Origin: Lama guanicoe
Taxonomy: Eukaryota
DNA: 64,000 nt
NCBI GenBank assembly: GCA_013239625.1
Contig: MU053588.1
Coordinates: 1,141,988 to 1,205,987 of the forward strand
Direction of reading: 5' to 3'
Under the pieces are notes generated by a model, which worked only from the letters and a program-made list of their open reading frames with translations, made no database searches and was not told where the DNA came from. Each line of letters starts with the position of its first letter. Positions within the stretch are counted from its first letter, which is position 1. The translations under genes were made by a program, and so were the position numbers. This document shows positions 63,682 to 64,000 of this stretch, piece by piece.

Positions 63682-64000
63682 TGCCTATGTCCTTTTTAGT
63701 TGAATTTGGAATGTATGGAGGGAGAAGGAAATGAATTATGGAGGGGAAGGGACAGGTAGAGCAACAGGCTGATAAGGGAGAGACACCCTCTCACCGGTTT
63801 TCAATAATTGATCCCAGCGTGATTGATGAAGAAGATGGTGTCATCCATCCATTCAGCATTCACTGAGCGTTTATCCAGTACATGCCATAAATAAGGTACT
63901 GGGTACAGAGATGTGAATGAAATAGTCCTTTCTGTTCTCTCAGAGCTTATAGCCCAGTGGGGAAGATAGGCACTAAACACCAGCATCAACAACAGGAAAC

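Overview
Mammalian genomic DNA, probably camelid (inferred from eight copies of a tRNA-Ala-derived SINE resembling Vic-1), syntenic with the human 19q13.2 block. Gene order: 3' end of RYR1 (+, last 15 exons, 1-11338); MAP4K1/HPK1 (-, 31 exon positions, 26674->11692); complete EIF3K (+, 8 exons, 28046-38937, with a U12-type intron 3); ACTN4 exon 1 (+, 43898-44059) followed by about 20 kb of intron 1. I rebuilt all exons by hand from splice signals and reading phase. Every junction is phase-consistent except one. MAP4K1 exon 18 lacks its 3' half and splice donor and sits only 39 nt from the exon 19 acceptor, so read-through frameshifts to a stop at 18729-18727. This is either a real lineage or allele lesion or an assembly deletion. 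Other points: a SINE inserted at the branch region of MAP4K1 intron 10, a compact FOX/RUNX/CArG/MEF2/TEAD motif cluster in ACTN4 intron 1, tandem CTCF-like sites in an intragenic CpG island, and RYR1/MAP4K1 poly(A) signals about 125 bp apart. No prokaryotic-type system is present, and most listed ORFs are spurious. Comparisons with human proteins are from memory, not from an alignment.
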